Under the pieces are notes generated by a model, which saw only the letters and a list, made by a program, of their open reading frames with translations, searched no databases and was not told where the DNA came from. 64,000 nt of DNA, taken from positions 10,261 to 74,260 of IMG/VR virus record IMGVR_UViG_3300050821_011467; one strand, 5' to 3'. A program made the translations under genes and the position numbers. Of the stretch, positions 37,154 to 46,676 are shown one piece after another (position 1 is the first letter of the stretch; each line of letters begins with the position of its first letter). This stretch comes from a virus.

Positions 37154-38755
37154 ATGCAATATCACACGGTCGAAACGATCGGCCCCAAGCGCTCGCGCAC
37201 GGCGCACGGTTTTATGCTGTGCCAGGACGTGCCGATCGCGCGTACTGGCATGCAGCTCTATGGCCCCGACGAGACGCCAATCAGAGCCGGTGCCGCTGAC
37301 GTAGTGCGCATTGAGCGCGATGCCGAAGAAGTCTTTCACCCGGACTGCATTGCCTCGCTGCAGGGGGTGCCGATTGTCAACGAGCACCCGACTGATGAGT
37401 TTGGCGGTCGGGCCGACGTAACTATCGACAACTGGCGCGACCTGGCGGTCGGCCATGTTCTCAATCCACGACGCGGATTGGGTGCAGACGACGACGTGCT
37501 GATCGCCGATCTGCTGTTTACCGATGCCGACGCTATTGGACTGATCAACGCCGGTAAGCGTGAACTCAGTTGCGGCTACGACGCTGAGTACGACGAGCTG
37601 GGTCCCGGCCACGGCCGTCAGCGCGCTATCCGCTGCAACCACGTAGCCCTCGTCGAGCGCGGGCGCTGCGGCGCGCGTTGCAGCATTGGCGACCACGACC
37701 TGGTCGGCATCACTGAATGCCAAATCACCGAACAACCCGACGCCACGGAGGACAGGGCGATGCGAAAAGGACTGACCTGGGCCGATCGGATTCGCGCCGC
37801 CTTTAAAGCGCGTGACGCCGACGCGCTCGAAAATGTGCTGGGCGAGGAGCCGGAAGAAGAGCCGGGCAACGGCAATGCCGAGCACCACGTGCATGTCCAT
37901 CTGCCTGGCGCGCCCGAAACCCCCGCAGGCACGCCGGCGGCTGAAAAAGGCGACGGTCTGACACCAGCCTCGCCGGCGCCGGCGACGCCCTCGCCGCTCG
38001 ACCAGCCGGCTGAGGCGGCACCTGAGGAGGCTCCGGCTAATGGCGGCGATCTCTCGCAGGCGTTTCAGCAGCACGTGCAGCAAAACAACGCCGAGCACGA
38101 GGAGCTGTGGAACGCGATCGAAAGCCTGGCGGGTGCGGGCAATGGCGCCGAGGCACCGACCGCCGGTAACGGTGATGCAGCCCGCCCACACCGTGATGCG
38201 CGCCGGCTGCGCGACAGTGTTCGAGCAAAGGACGAGCTCGGCGAGGCGCCGCCGGTCGAGGAGGGCACCACGGTGCTTTCCGGGTTTGAGATGGAGGCGC
38301 CACCGGGCACTCAGCAAAACGACATGCGGCGAGCTCGCGACTCGGCGCTGTTTGTCGACAGCTTTAACGACACGGTAGCGCTGGCCGAAATCATCGTGCC
38401 GGGCATCCGGCTGCCGACCTATGACCAGGCGGCCCCACCCAAAAAGACCTTTGATGCGATCTGCGCGTTTCGCGCCCAGGTGCTCGACACAGCATGGCGC
38501 GAGCCCGAGACCCGCGAGATCATCGAAGAGATCACCGGGGGCCGTTTTAGCAGCGCCAAAAATATGACGTGCGACAGTGTCCGCGTGCTGTTCCGCGCCG
38601 TCGGCAATGCCAAAGCTCGGGCCAATAAAGCGGCGATGGGCGGTGCCGCACGAGCCTTTGCGGGCGACGTCCAAACCGGTGGCGAGATCCGCTCCCCCAA
38701 AGACCTGCAGGCGGTGCTCAACGCGCACTACGCCGCGCAGCGCCACCACACCTAA
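37154..38755 (+). CDS. DUF2213 prohead protease/scaffold
   Basis: DVPIARTG..LY; VPIVNEHP; GKRELSCGY; NHVALVERGRCG..CSIGD. Confidence 0.92.
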   Translation: MQYHTVETIGPKRSRTAHGFMLCQDVPIARTGMQLYGPDETPIRAGAADVVRIERDAEEVFHPDCIASLQGVPIVNEHPTDEFGGRADVTIDNWRDLAVGHVLNPRRGLGADDDVLIADLLFTDADAIGLINAGKRELSCGYDAEYDELGPGHGRQRAIRCNHVALVERGRCGARCSIGDHDLVGITECQITEQPDATEDRAMRKGLTWADRIRAAFKARDADALENVLGEEPEEEPGNGNAEHHVHVHLPGAPETPAGTPAAEKGDGLTPASPAPATPSPLDQPAEAAPEEAPANGGDLSQAFQQHVQQNNAEHEELWNAIESLAGAGNGAEAPTAGNGDAARPHRDARRLRDSVRAKDELGEAPPVEEGTTVLSGFEMEAPPGTQQNDMRRARDSALFVDSFNDTVALAEIIVPGIRLPTYDQAAPPKKTFDAICAFRAQVLDTAWREPETREIIEEITGGRFSSAKNMTCDSVRVLFRAVGNAKARANKAAMGGAARAFAGDVQTGGEIRSPKDLQAVLNAHYAAQRHHT

Positions 38756-38782
38756 CCCGACTTTCGAAAGGAGAGGACTGCA

Positions 38783-39331
38783 ATGCCGCTCGCCGACAAT
38801 ATGAATTTTGGCTATCGCATGGGGGCGGGGTTTCCCGGCGAGGTCACCCGCATGACCCCGGCGGCGATTATCGAGCCGTGCGCCACTGACCCAACCACGC
38901 CACCGCTGTTTGTCGGGCAAGTCGTCACGATCGACGCCACTAGCGGCTGCGCGCGCCCCATCGCGCTAGCAACCGAGGTGGCTTATGGCATCGTCGTGCG
39001 CAGCTTCCCGACCCAGGCGCCCAACGCCACCGGCTATTACGGCGCTGCGGGATTTGGCTCGGTGTCGCCCTGGCTTACCACGGGGCAGCCGCAAAACGCG
39101 GTCGATGTCCTGCGCCAAGGCTACATAAATGTGAATGTCAACGGCGCCACCCGAAAAGGCGGCCCGGTGTTTGTCTGGACCGCCGCCACCGCGGCGCCAC
39201 ACGTCCAGGGCGGGCTTGAGGCCGCAACCCCCGGGGCCAACGGCTTCCAACTGCCCGCGTCCTGCACCTACCAGGGGGCGGCCGACGCCAATGGCGTCAC
39301 CGAAATCGCATTTAACATCGGCCTCAGCTAG
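38783..39331 (+). CDS. head decoration/cement protein
   Basis: RMGAGFPGEVTR, GIVVRSFP, DVLRQGYI; position before the capsid gene. Confidence 0.75.
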   Translation: MPLADNMNFGYRMGAGFPGEVTRMTPAAIIEPCATDPTTPPLFVGQVVTIDATSGCARPIALATEVAYGIVVRSFPTQAPNATGYYGAAGFGSVSPWLTTGQPQNAVDVLRQGYINVNVNGATRKGGPVFVWTAATAAPHVQGGLEAATPGANGFQLPASCTYQGAADANGVTEIAFNIGLS

Positions 39332-39343
39332 GGGGACCAGACA

Positions 39344-40540
39344 ATGCCTTTTGACGGCTTGCTAACCAGCACGGCGCTGAGCGCTCCGGCGATCATTCAT
39401 CGCGGGCGGTGGCGCACCGCCGACGATCTGTCGCTGCTTGATCAGCGGCGTCCCACCTACGATGCCGGGGGCAACCATCTCGGCCGCCAGTACGACCGGC
39501 CCTACCGGTCGCATGACGGCAAGTACTACGACAGCTCGGGCGCGTTCTATCACGGCGAGCTGGTCCGCCTCGACCAGGACCTGCACTTGCCGCTGGCCTC
39601 GATCAGCTGGGGGCGCGACATCGATCTGCGTCAGGACGTGACGATTGCCGACGAGGCGACCGCGTGGACCCTGTCGACCTTTGCCTCGCCTGGCGGGCTT
39701 GGGATGGGCAACGCGATCACCGGCGGCAAAGCGTGGATCGGCAAGAGCACCACCGAAATCGCCGGTGTCAGCGTCGATATCGCGCAGATCACCAAGCCGT
39801 TGCGGCCCTGGGCGATCGAATTGAAGTACACGGTTCTCGAACTCGAGAGCGCCCTAAAAATGGGTCGCCCGATCGATCAACAAAAATACCAGGGCATGAA
39901 GCTCAAACACCAGATGGACATCGATGCCATGGTGTATGTGGGCGACACCGATACTGGGGATAAGGGCCTTGTTAACTTGCCTGTTGCTGCACCCGGTGTT
40001 CCTGGTGTTGGTACTATTACAAATCTACCAGCGGGGGCTGGCGGCAGCACGGGCTGGTCGGTCGGCGGCACCACCGGCAAAACCCCCGCCGAAATCCTCG
40101 CCGACGTCAACTTTGCGCTAAACTTGACATGGAGCAATTCGGCGTGGGCTGTGGTGCCGAACCGCCTCCTATTGCCCACAGCGCAATATGGCTACATCGC
40201 GACCCAGCTGGTGTCGACCGCTGGCACAACCTCGATCCTCCGCTATGTCGAAGAAAATAACCTGCTGTCGCGCAGTGGCGCCGGGCGGTTAGAGATTTTC
40301 CCGTGCAAATGGTGCAATGGCGCTGGTGCAGGCGGCACGATCGGCACTCCAGCGCCGGGCGCGAATGACCGCATGGTGGTCTACACCAAGGACAAGGAAT
40401 ACATCCGCTATCCGATGACGTTACTTGGTCGGACGCCAATACAGTATGACGCAATTTGGCAAAAATCTACATATTATGGCCGGCTTGGAGTAGTAGAGGT
40501 GGTTTACCCCTCAACTATCGCTTACTTTGATAAACTCTAA
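39344..40540 (+). CDS. major capsid protein (DUF2184)
   Basis: ELVRLD..LH.PL..WGRDIDLR; GRPIDQQK..G.KLKHQMDID; DRMVVY; GVVEVVYP. Confidence 0.93.
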   Translation: MPFDGLLTSTALSAPAIIHRGRWRTADDLSLLDQRRPTYDAGGNHLGRQYDRPYRSHDGKYYDSSGAFYHGELVRLDQDLHLPLASISWGRDIDLRQDVTIADEATAWTLSTFASPGGLGMGNAITGGKAWIGKSTTEIAGVSVDIAQITKPLRPWAIELKYTVLELESALKMGRPIDQQKYQGMKLKHQMDIDAMVYVGDTDTGDKGLVNLPVAAPGVPGVGTITNLPAGAGGSTGWSVGGTTGKTPAEILADVNFALNLTWSNSAWAVVPNRLLLPTAQYGYIATQLVSTAGTTSILRYVEENNLLSRSGAGRLEIFPCKWCNGAGAGGTIGTPAPGANDRMVVYTKDKEYIRYPMTLLGRTPIQYDAIWQKSTYYGRLGVVEVVYPSTIAYFDKL

Positions 40541-40565
40541 GTAAATCGCATGAAAGGATCGCGTC

Positions 40566-40967
40566 ATGGCGCAGTCAGGACCCCCACCGCGGCAACCGCC
40601 TCATCCGGAGCCGCATCCAGCGCCTCATCCAGCGCCTCCGGCCGCGCCGCAGGAGACCGAGGCTGAGCGGCGAGCGCGTGCCGTCGCCGAGGAAGAGGCG
40701 ACGCGTGCGAAGGCGGAGGCGGCGACGGCACATCTGCCGCGCCAGGGCACGCCCCTGGGCGACCCAATGAGCGCGCTCGCGGCGTTTCCCGATGAGCCGA
40801 CTGTGTTGATGAACTTCCCCGACACGGTGACGCTGACGCTGAGCGGCGAGAAGGGTTACACGATGGTGACCTTCCCGGCTGGGGTTCAGCCGGTGCCGGA
40901 AAGCCTCGTCGACGAGCAGTATCTGAAGGACAGCGGCGTCACGCCCGTCACCGCGCCAAAGAGCTGA
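40566..40967 (+). CDS. head-module hypothetical protein
   Basis: C-terminal FPAGVQPVPESLVD..YLK..GV; Pro-rich N-terminus. Confidence 0.6.
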   Translation: MAQSGPPPRQPPHPEPHPAPHPAPPAAPQETEAERRARAVAEEEATRAKAEAATAHLPRQGTPLGDPMSALAAFPDEPTVLMNFPDTVTLTLSGEKGYTMVTFPAGVQPVPESLVDEQYLKDSGVTPVTAPKS

Positions 40968-40970
40968 GCC

Positions 40971-41588
40971 ATGCCGCTTACCGAAAAGGGCTCCAAAGTT
41001 CTGTCTGCAATGAAAGAAGAATACGGCCCAGAAAAGGGCGAGTCCGTTTTCTACGCGTCTCGGAACAAGGGAACCATTAGCGGGGTAGACACCATGGCTA
41101 GGGAAACCTCACGACCGTTTGGCGCCGAAGATCCGGTGACCAAAGGCGAGAGCATCAGCGGTGACCAGGAGGGGCCGCAGCATGAGCGCCCGCTCGATCC
41201 GGTGCCGGAGACCGAGCACCCGCAAAAAGACCCGGGCGAGTCGACGGACCCCGAGCCAGCGACTCCGGGCGGCGACGATGCGCCTCCAGCGCCCGTGGCA
41301 GCCGATGCGCGCCCGTTTGGTGCCGAGGACCCGGTTGACTGCGGCGACCAGATGGCAACTGCAATGCCCTCGATGCCGCCCCCGGTCGGCGACGACATCG
41401 CGAGCGGGTTCGCCGACATCAACGGCGGAATTACCGGTGGCGCCATCCCGCAGACCTGGGGCACCCAATGGCGCGGCCCGACCAGCGATGCATTGCCAAC
41501 CGAGTGCAGCCTCGCCGACATGATGCGCGATGGGGACCGGTATTGGGGGCAATGGACGCCGCGCCCACTGGGGCCTGATCAGAAGTGA
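40971..41588 (+). CDS. head-module hypothetical protein
   Basis: MPLTEKG.KVL.AM.EEYG..KGE.VFYAS.NKG domain plus low-complexity tail with RPFGAEDPV x2. Confidence 0.7.
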   Translation: MPLTEKGSKVLSAMKEEYGPEKGESVFYASRNKGTISGVDTMARETSRPFGAEDPVTKGESISGDQEGPQHERPLDPVPETEHPQKDPGESTDPEPATPGGDDAPPAPVAADARPFGAEDPVDCGDQMATAMPSMPPPVGDDIASGFADINGGITGGAIPQTWGTQWRGPTSDALPTECSLADMMRDGDRYWGQWTPRPLGPDQK

Positions 41589-42055
41589 CCACGCCTCAAG
41601 CGCCGCTGACCGTCGATCAATTCCGGGCGATCTTCACGACTTTCTCCGACCCGGCGGCCTATCCCGATCCAGCGGTGCAATTTTGGCTTGATACGTGCCC
41701 GGCCGACCCCTGCGCCTGGGGCAGTATGTATCAAGCGGGGCAAGGATGGTGGACAGCGCACGAACTATGGAAGTTTGGCCCGGCCAATGCGCTCCCGGGG
41801 GTTCCTCCGCCAGGTATATCGGGGCCGATTTCATCAAAAGGTGTCGGGCCGGTCAGCGTCGGCTACGATCCCAATATCGGCACGGAAGAAGGGGCTGGGC
41901 AATTCAACCTGACGCCGTGGGGTAAGCAGTACTATCATTACGCGTGCCTTTTTGGCATGGGGCCAATCCAGGTTGGCGCCGTCACCGTGCCGCCCTATGG
42001 CGTGCCGGGATTTGCTTGGGTCGGGCCGGTCCCGCTGCCTGGATGGTTTGGCTGA
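41585..42055 (+). CDS. DUF4054 head-tail adaptor
   Basis: FR..F..FSD...YPD; ISSK.VGPVSVGYD; FNLTPWGKQY. Confidence 0.85.
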   Translation: MTTPQAPLTVDQFRAIFTTFSDPAAYPDPAVQFWLDTCPADPCAWGSMYQAGQGWWTAHELWKFGPANALPGVPPPGISGPISSKGVGPVSVGYDPNIGTEEGAGQFNLTPWGKQYYHYACLFGMGPIQVGAVTVPPYGVPGFAWVGPVPLPGWFG

Positions 42056-42068
42056 GGAGAGGCTATCG

Positions 42069-42461
42069 ATGAGCATTACCAGGCGCGTGCTGCTATGTGC
42101 GCCAGCCGTCCCGTTGCTGCTGTCGCCGGCGCGGGCACAGTGTTCGGGGGTGAACATCACCGTCAACGGCTCGTCGCAAGCGCCGACCGTGCTAGCCGGC
42201 ACCCCGCTGGCAATCGCCGTATTCAACGGTCCGGCCAAGCCGACCGATTGGGTGGGGATCTCGCTGGTCGAGACGCCTGATGATGCGGTTATCGAGCGCT
42301 GCTATCTCAACGGCGCGCAGACGCCGCCGCCGGTTGGTTTGCGGTTTGCCAATTTCACGATGACCGCACCCACGAATATGTGGATCTACGAAGCGCGGCT
42401 GTATTTTGAGAACACATTCTCGATATTGGCGCGGGCGACGTTTGTAGTGCACACCGCCTGA
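42069..42461 (+). CDS. exported Ig-like protein
   Basis: TRRVLL...ARA signal; DWVGI, YEARLY beta-sandwich pattern. Confidence 0.6.
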   Translation: MSITRRVLLCAPAVPLLLSPARAQCSGVNITVNGSSQAPTVLAGTPLAIAVFNGPAKPTDWVGISLVETPDDAVIERCYLNGAQTPPPVGLRFANFTMTAPTNMWIYEARLYFENTFSILARATFVVHTA

Positions 42462-42467
42462 GCAAGC

Positions 42468-42620
42468 ATGGACCTGCTGCTTATCGTTCTCGTCATCATT
42501 CTCCTTTTCGGCGGCGGCTTTGGCTATTCCCGCTGGGGGTATGGCGGCGGGCTCGGCATCGGCGGCATCTTGCTGATCGTGTTGGTGATCTACCTGCTGG
42601 TCGGCCGCGGCCGGTTGTGA
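42468..42620 (+). CDS. DUF3309-like small membrane protein (50 aa)
   Basis: Hand translation MDLLLIVLVIILLFGGGFGYSRWGYGGGLGIGGILLIVLVIYLLVGRGRL. Confidence 0.75.
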   Translation: MDLLLIVLVIILLFGGGFGYSRWGYGGGLGIGGILLIVLVIYLLVGRGRL

Positions 42621-42640
42621 CTTAGGTAGGAGGCAGGCTG

Positions 42641-42856
42641 ATGCTGTACCTCGTTCTGTTGGTATTCGCTTTTGTCTTTGCGATTATTGCCGCGCTGGTT
42701 CGGGTGCGCGAGCCGGCTACCGTAGGTTATTTCGGATTGGTGCACTGGGGCTGGCTGTCCTTCGCATTTTATCTGGCGGCTTTACTTTTTGGCCCGGGTG
42801 GTCCGGTGACGCATCTTGGCCGGATTGGCAGCCTAGCCAGGGTGTGGATCGGGTGA
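42641..42856 (+). CDS. two-TM membrane protein, holin candidate
   Basis: AGGAGG RBS; two TM segments; upstream of the amidase. Confidence 0.55.
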   Translation: MLYLVLLVFAFVFAIIAALVRVREPATVGYFGLVHWGWLSFAFYLAALLFGPGGPVTHLGRIGSLARVWIG

Positions 42857-43070
42857 TCGATCACGACGACGCGCCGCCCGAATTGATGCCGCTAGAGCGG
42901 TGTGACTGTTGCCGCGTCGAGGTCTCGTATCGCCGGGGATCTATCTGGCATGGCCAGGCGCGGATTTGCCGCCCGTGTTTTTACATCTGGTATGACGGCG
43001 GTGTGGTCACCCCCGCCGAGATCCGCGCCGAACGGTTGCGCATCTATGGCACCAGCGACGCCGACCCCTG

Positions 43071-43448
43071 ATGAGTTGGAAGGCCGAGCACCCCGAAGAG
43101 CATGAGGGGCGCGTTGTCCACAACGGACAATGCGTCCGTTACGTGCAGGAGTGCGCCGGGTTGCCGCACACCAGCCAGTGGAGACGCGGTGTGCAGGTGC
43201 GCGGCAACGATGTCGAGACCGGCACGGCCATCGCCACTTTTGACCCAAACGGCAATTATGGCAACCACACCGATGGCCGCTCGCACGCTGCGATCTTTAT
43301 CGCCGAGCTGGACGAAGGCCTGCGCGTCTGGGACCAATGGAGGGGTCACCCGGTTTCGCGGCGCACGATCTTCTTTCGCAACGGTGTCGGCAAAAAGGTG
43401 AACGACGGAGATCAATTTTTTACAATTATATCGGTCGACGAAACATAA
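43071..43448 (+). CDS. BPSL0067/Tae2-like cysteine peptidoglycan hydrolase, candidate endolysin
   Basis: GQCVRYVQ...HTSQWRRG...GTAIATFD..G.Y...SHAAIF...VWDQW (Cys-His dyad). Confidence 0.82.
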   Translation: MSWKAEHPEEHEGRVVHNGQCVRYVQECAGLPHTSQWRRGVQVRGNDVETGTAIATFDPNGNYGNHTDGRSHAAIFIAELDEGLRVWDQWRGHPVSRRTIFFRNGVGKKVNDGDQFFTIISVDET

Positions 43449-43810
43449 TCCTTACATTTATCAAGATGATAACGATGTAGATTTCCCAGGTGGGCTTCTA
43501 ACCCGCAATGTGGGCAACGACTTTTAATCGTAAAGCCGCCTCTGATGCTGGTTGGTTTGGATATCCCTTTCTGGGCGTTGCCGATATTTATTCGATGTTC
43601 AGGTGTAAGCGTTTTCCCTTTGTGACTTTTACTGGCCTTGGCACGTGACTCTGGCGACCATGGATTGATAATTCGCCCATTCCAAGCGGCTTTTCTTTTG
43701 GCGCGCGACTCTGGAGATGCCTTAGCTCTAGGTAAGCCACGCCGTCGCGCGTTTGCCGCACTAATTGCGGCGCTGTGTGCTGGCGATATCGGCCCGTACT
43801 TGCGCCCCAT
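43412..43810 (-). CDS. NUMOD3-like repeat protein with C-terminal zinc motif (homing endonuclease remnant)
   Basis: SPESRAK x2, HKGKTLTPEHRINIGNAQKG, CPHCG...RYHLDKCK; lower GC. Confidence 0.7.
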   Translation of the reverse strand: MGRKYGPISPAHSAAISAANARRRGLPRAKASPESRAKRKAAWNGRIINPWSPESRAKASKSHKGKTLTPEHRINIGNAQKGISKPTSIRGGFTIKSRCPHCGLEAHLGNLHRYHLDKCKDYVSSTDIIVKN

Positions 43811-44004
43811 CGCGGGCTCCTGCAGCCGGTGGTGTCAAGGGCGGTGCCGGTGCGATCAACACAAGCGCCGCCCGCTTTATGTCCGTTTGCGGGGGCAAAT
43901 GCAATGAGCGAGCAAGCCCCCGCGCGTGGTGACACAGCGCGTCGCTGAACCCGTTCTAGGTGCGCTAGTCGGATCGCTTCTCCCCACCTGCGCGGAGGTG
44001 TCCA

Positions 44005-45105
44005 ATGCCGCGTGGGTACTCGGCCGACTCCTTCGGGGGCCGGCCTTTTTTAACCCGCCGCTCGCTGTTGCGGGTTGGTGCGCTCTCGCCGCTGATCATT
44101 CCGGGCCGGAGCCTTGCGCGAGTTGGCGGGGCGCCCGCGGTGGTGACTGGGCCGTGTGGTAGCCCGACCCCGGTCTTTACCTCCAACGCAACCGAGATAA
44201 TCGGGCCGGGCTGCTATGCTTTGCAGAATGATATTACCGACATTCCCGCATTATCCACCATGGGTGGGCTGACGATATTGGGCAATGGGCACTCGGTGAC
44301 CCCGCCGCCCGGCAACTTTTTTAAAATTGGTTTTGGATTAAATGCATTTGTACACACCATTCGGGATTTGACCGTCACTGCGGATGGCATAGAAATTAAC
44401 GGCAACGTCAGCACTACACAGACCAGCCCGTGTGTTTATCTGTACAATGTCACGATGAACGCCACGGGTGCTGGCGGAACGGGATCGGTCGGTTCCCTGG
44501 TACACATGAGCGGATCAAACATTGTCCTGGAGAAGTGCGCGATCAACACGTGGGCAAGCGGAGGGACCACTGGCTACGATGACGGCGTGATATTAAGCCC
44601 GTTTTCCGGCGTAGGGAATGTGCCGGCGTCGTATGTCACATTCGACACTGTAACCTTTGGACCCAATTGGGACGTGGCGATTGAGGGGTTTAGCACTCAG
44701 GGAACGGCGGTCTCGCCGCACTGGAACCATGTAACTATCAAGAATTGCGTAACCACCTTCAGCCCCTTTTCGGTCGCGGGGGCCGACTTTGGCGGATACT
44801 ACGGAGGCCCTAATTCTGGCGATTTGACTTTTACATTTCAGAATGGCGTATTTACCGGCAATACCCTGAAAACCGGCGGTTGGTTTTTTGCCAATGCAGC
44901 CCACACTAATTATGATCGTGCGGACAGCGATGCTGCAGCCAACGGGCTTTGGGCCGCAACCGGAAATGCCTTTGGCGCCAACACCTACCTTGCGTTGACC
45001 CGCGAGCAGTGCGAGGCACGCGCCAAGCTGTGGGCCGCCAATCGCCGCAACCCACCGCCGGGGCCGCCGCCCGAGGTGTGGAACGAGAAAATCATCTGTC
45101 CGTGA
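44005..45105 (+). CDS. Tat-signal pectin-lyase-like beta-helix protein
   Basis: LTRRSLLRVGAL twin-arginine motif; IIGPGCYALQNDI; N/T/G-rich beta-helix-like body. Confidence 0.6.
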   Translation: MPRGYSADSFGGRPFLTRRSLLRVGALSPLIIPGRSLARVGGAPAVVTGPCGSPTPVFTSNATEIIGPGCYALQNDITDIPALSTMGGLTILGNGHSVTPPPGNFFKIGFGLNAFVHTIRDLTVTADGIEINGNVSTTQTSPCVYLYNVTMNATGAGGTGSVGSLVHMSGSNIVLEKCAINTWASGGTTGYDDGVILSPFSGVGNVPASYVTFDTVTFGPNWDVAIEGFSTQGTAVSPHWNHVTIKNCVTTFSPFSVAGADFGGYYGGPNSGDLTFTFQNGVFTGNTLKTGGWFFANAAHTNYDRADSDAAANGLWAATGNAFGANTYLALTREQCEARAKLWAANRRNPPPGPPPEVWNEKIICP

Positions 45106-45734
45106 GCGACCCAAAGCCGCCGCCCGATCGCGGCAGCCTGATCGGCGGCACCATCGCCCAGGCACTTGGCTATATGGACAAGCCCTGGAAGGCGCTGGTG
45201 CTGATCGTGCTGGTGATCCTCGGCGGGCTTGGCTGGGTCGCCTATAGCCACCAGGACGAGCTGATCGAGGCGTGGCTTACACCGTCGTCGGTCGAACTAA
45301 AGATGGCCGACATTCCCGAGGCGCTGACCAAGCTGGGCGAGGAGACCAGCGCCGACCTGGTACAGATCTGGGAAGTCGATCTGAGCACCAACAGCCAGCG
45401 CTTTATTGCGGCGCGCCGGCATGACGGCGAACGCCCGGTGATCCCCTCACCGCGGCGGCTGCCGATCATCGTCACCGTGTCGGACGTGCGGGCGCTGGAG
45501 CATATTCTGGACGGCCGCCCGGTGTGCGTGCAGATCACGGAATTTGGTTCGCCGTTGGCAAGACGACTTGCCGAGCGCGGCATGACGCGCGGGTGCGCCA
45601 TTCCGATCCCGCCGGGGGGCCAGAAATTTCTCGGCGTGATATATCTCGCATGGACAAAAGCGGTCGATGAAACTGCCGAGAACGTCGCGGTTGGGGCGGC
45701 GCGCGAGATTGCCGCACAGCTGGTTAGCCGCTAG
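45102..45734 (+). CDS. single-TM protein with a GAF-like domain (possible T4-holin-like)
   Basis: TM WKALVLIVLVILGGLGWVAY; GCAIPIP...FLGVIYLAW. Confidence 0.5.
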   Translation: MSDPKPPPDRGSLIGGTIAQALGYMDKPWKALVLIVLVILGGLGWVAYSHQDELIEAWLTPSSVELKMADIPEALTKLGEETSADLVQIWEVDLSTNSQRFIAARRHDGERPVIPSPRRLPIIVTVSDVRALEHILDGRPVCVQITEFGSPLARRLAERGMTRGCAIPIPPGGQKFLGVIYLAWTKAVDETAENVAVGAAREIAAQLVSR

Positions 45735-45764
45735 GTTCCTGGTCGGTTCTCACATTTTGGGAAA

Positions 45765-45780
45765 TGTTTCACGTGAAACA
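45765..45780. promoter_or_regulatory. parS: parS site
   Basis: Perfect palindrome TGTTTCACGTGAAACA. Confidence 0.9.
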
Positions 45781-45806
45781 ATCGCGTCAACTGAGCGGGG
45801 TGCCCG

Positions 45807-46082
45807 ATGGCCAAGATCATCCAATCCCCGCGAAACCCTGACCCGCCGCCCAAGATCCAGGAGCCCGACGGCGAGCCCACAAACGATGATTGGCGGGATC
45901 ACGATTATCCCGATCCCGACTATGTCGATGACCTCGAGGTCGAGGTTGCCGAGCTGATCACTCAGCTAAAAACCGAGATCGGTTTGCGCTACTGCTCGTT
46001 TCCGCTGCGGTTGCAAATCGAGAAGATCGAGGTCTTGATCCTGGATCGATCGCGGGACCGTGCCGACCGATGTTTCACGTGA
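45807..46082 (+). CDS. hypothetical protein bracketed by two parS sites
   Basis: 91-aa acidic ORF. Confidence 0.45.
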   Translation: MAKIIQSPRNPDPPPKIQEPDGEPTNDDWRDHDYPDPDYVDDLEVEVAELITQLKTEIGLRYCSFPLRLQIEKIEVLILDRSRDRADRCFT

Positions 46083-46086
46083 AACA
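46071..46086. promoter_or_regulatory. parS: parS site
   Basis: Perfect palindrome TGTTTCACGTGAAACA. Confidence 0.9.
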
Positions 46087-46095
46087 TTTCGCCTG

Positions 46096-46596
46096 ATGGA
46101 CCCCGAGGACATCGAGAAGGCCATCCGGCGGCTGGCGTCGCGCCAGCTGCTGATCGGCATACCGGCGGACCACGATGCGCGGCCCGGCGACCCGATTGGC
46201 AATGCTTCGCTTGGCTATATCCACGAGACCGGTTCCCCCGCGCGCAACATTCCGGCGCGCCCGCACCTCGTTCCGGGCGTCGAGCAGGCGCTGCCGGCGA
46301 TCACCAAGCGGCTCGAAGAGGCGGCCCGTGCGGCACTCGAGGGCAACATCGCCGGTGTCGACCAGGGCTTTGGGCGCGCTGGGGTCGAAGCCGTCAACTC
46401 GGTGCGCGCGGTCATCCAGGCGGGTATCCCGCCGCCACTGGCGCCCGCGACCGTGGCGGCACGCCGTCGGCGCACGCCGGGCTCGAGCTATCGCCGGCAG
46501 GCAACGACCGCGGCCGACGTGACACCGCTCATAGATTCCGGGGACTACATTAAGAATCTGACGTATGTTGTCAGAGATCGCAGCCGACAGGGCTGA
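46096..46596 (+). CDS. neck / virion morphogenesis protein
   Basis: NASLGYIHETGSPARNIPARP; PPLAPAT; PLIDSG. Confidence 0.8.
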   Translation: MDPEDIEKAIRRLASRQLLIGIPADHDARPGDPIGNASLGYIHETGSPARNIPARPHLVPGVEQALPAITKRLEEAARAALEGNIAGVDQGFGRAGVEAVNSVRAVIQAGIPPPLAPATVAARRRRTPGSSYRRQATTAADVTPLIDSGDYIKNLTYVVRDRSRQG

Positions 46597-46676
46597 CGAT
46601 CTCCCTAGTACTCCCTAGACTTGGGCATCCCGGCTTGCCCCCCCCCGGAGGCCCGTCCCTTTTGCGGGAGCCTGCG

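Noticed and set aside
37097-38920. 607-aa minus-strand ORF and similar long antisense ORFs (e.g. 4624..5508, 34642..35496)
   Set aside because: Shadow frames of well-supported genes in high-GC DNA
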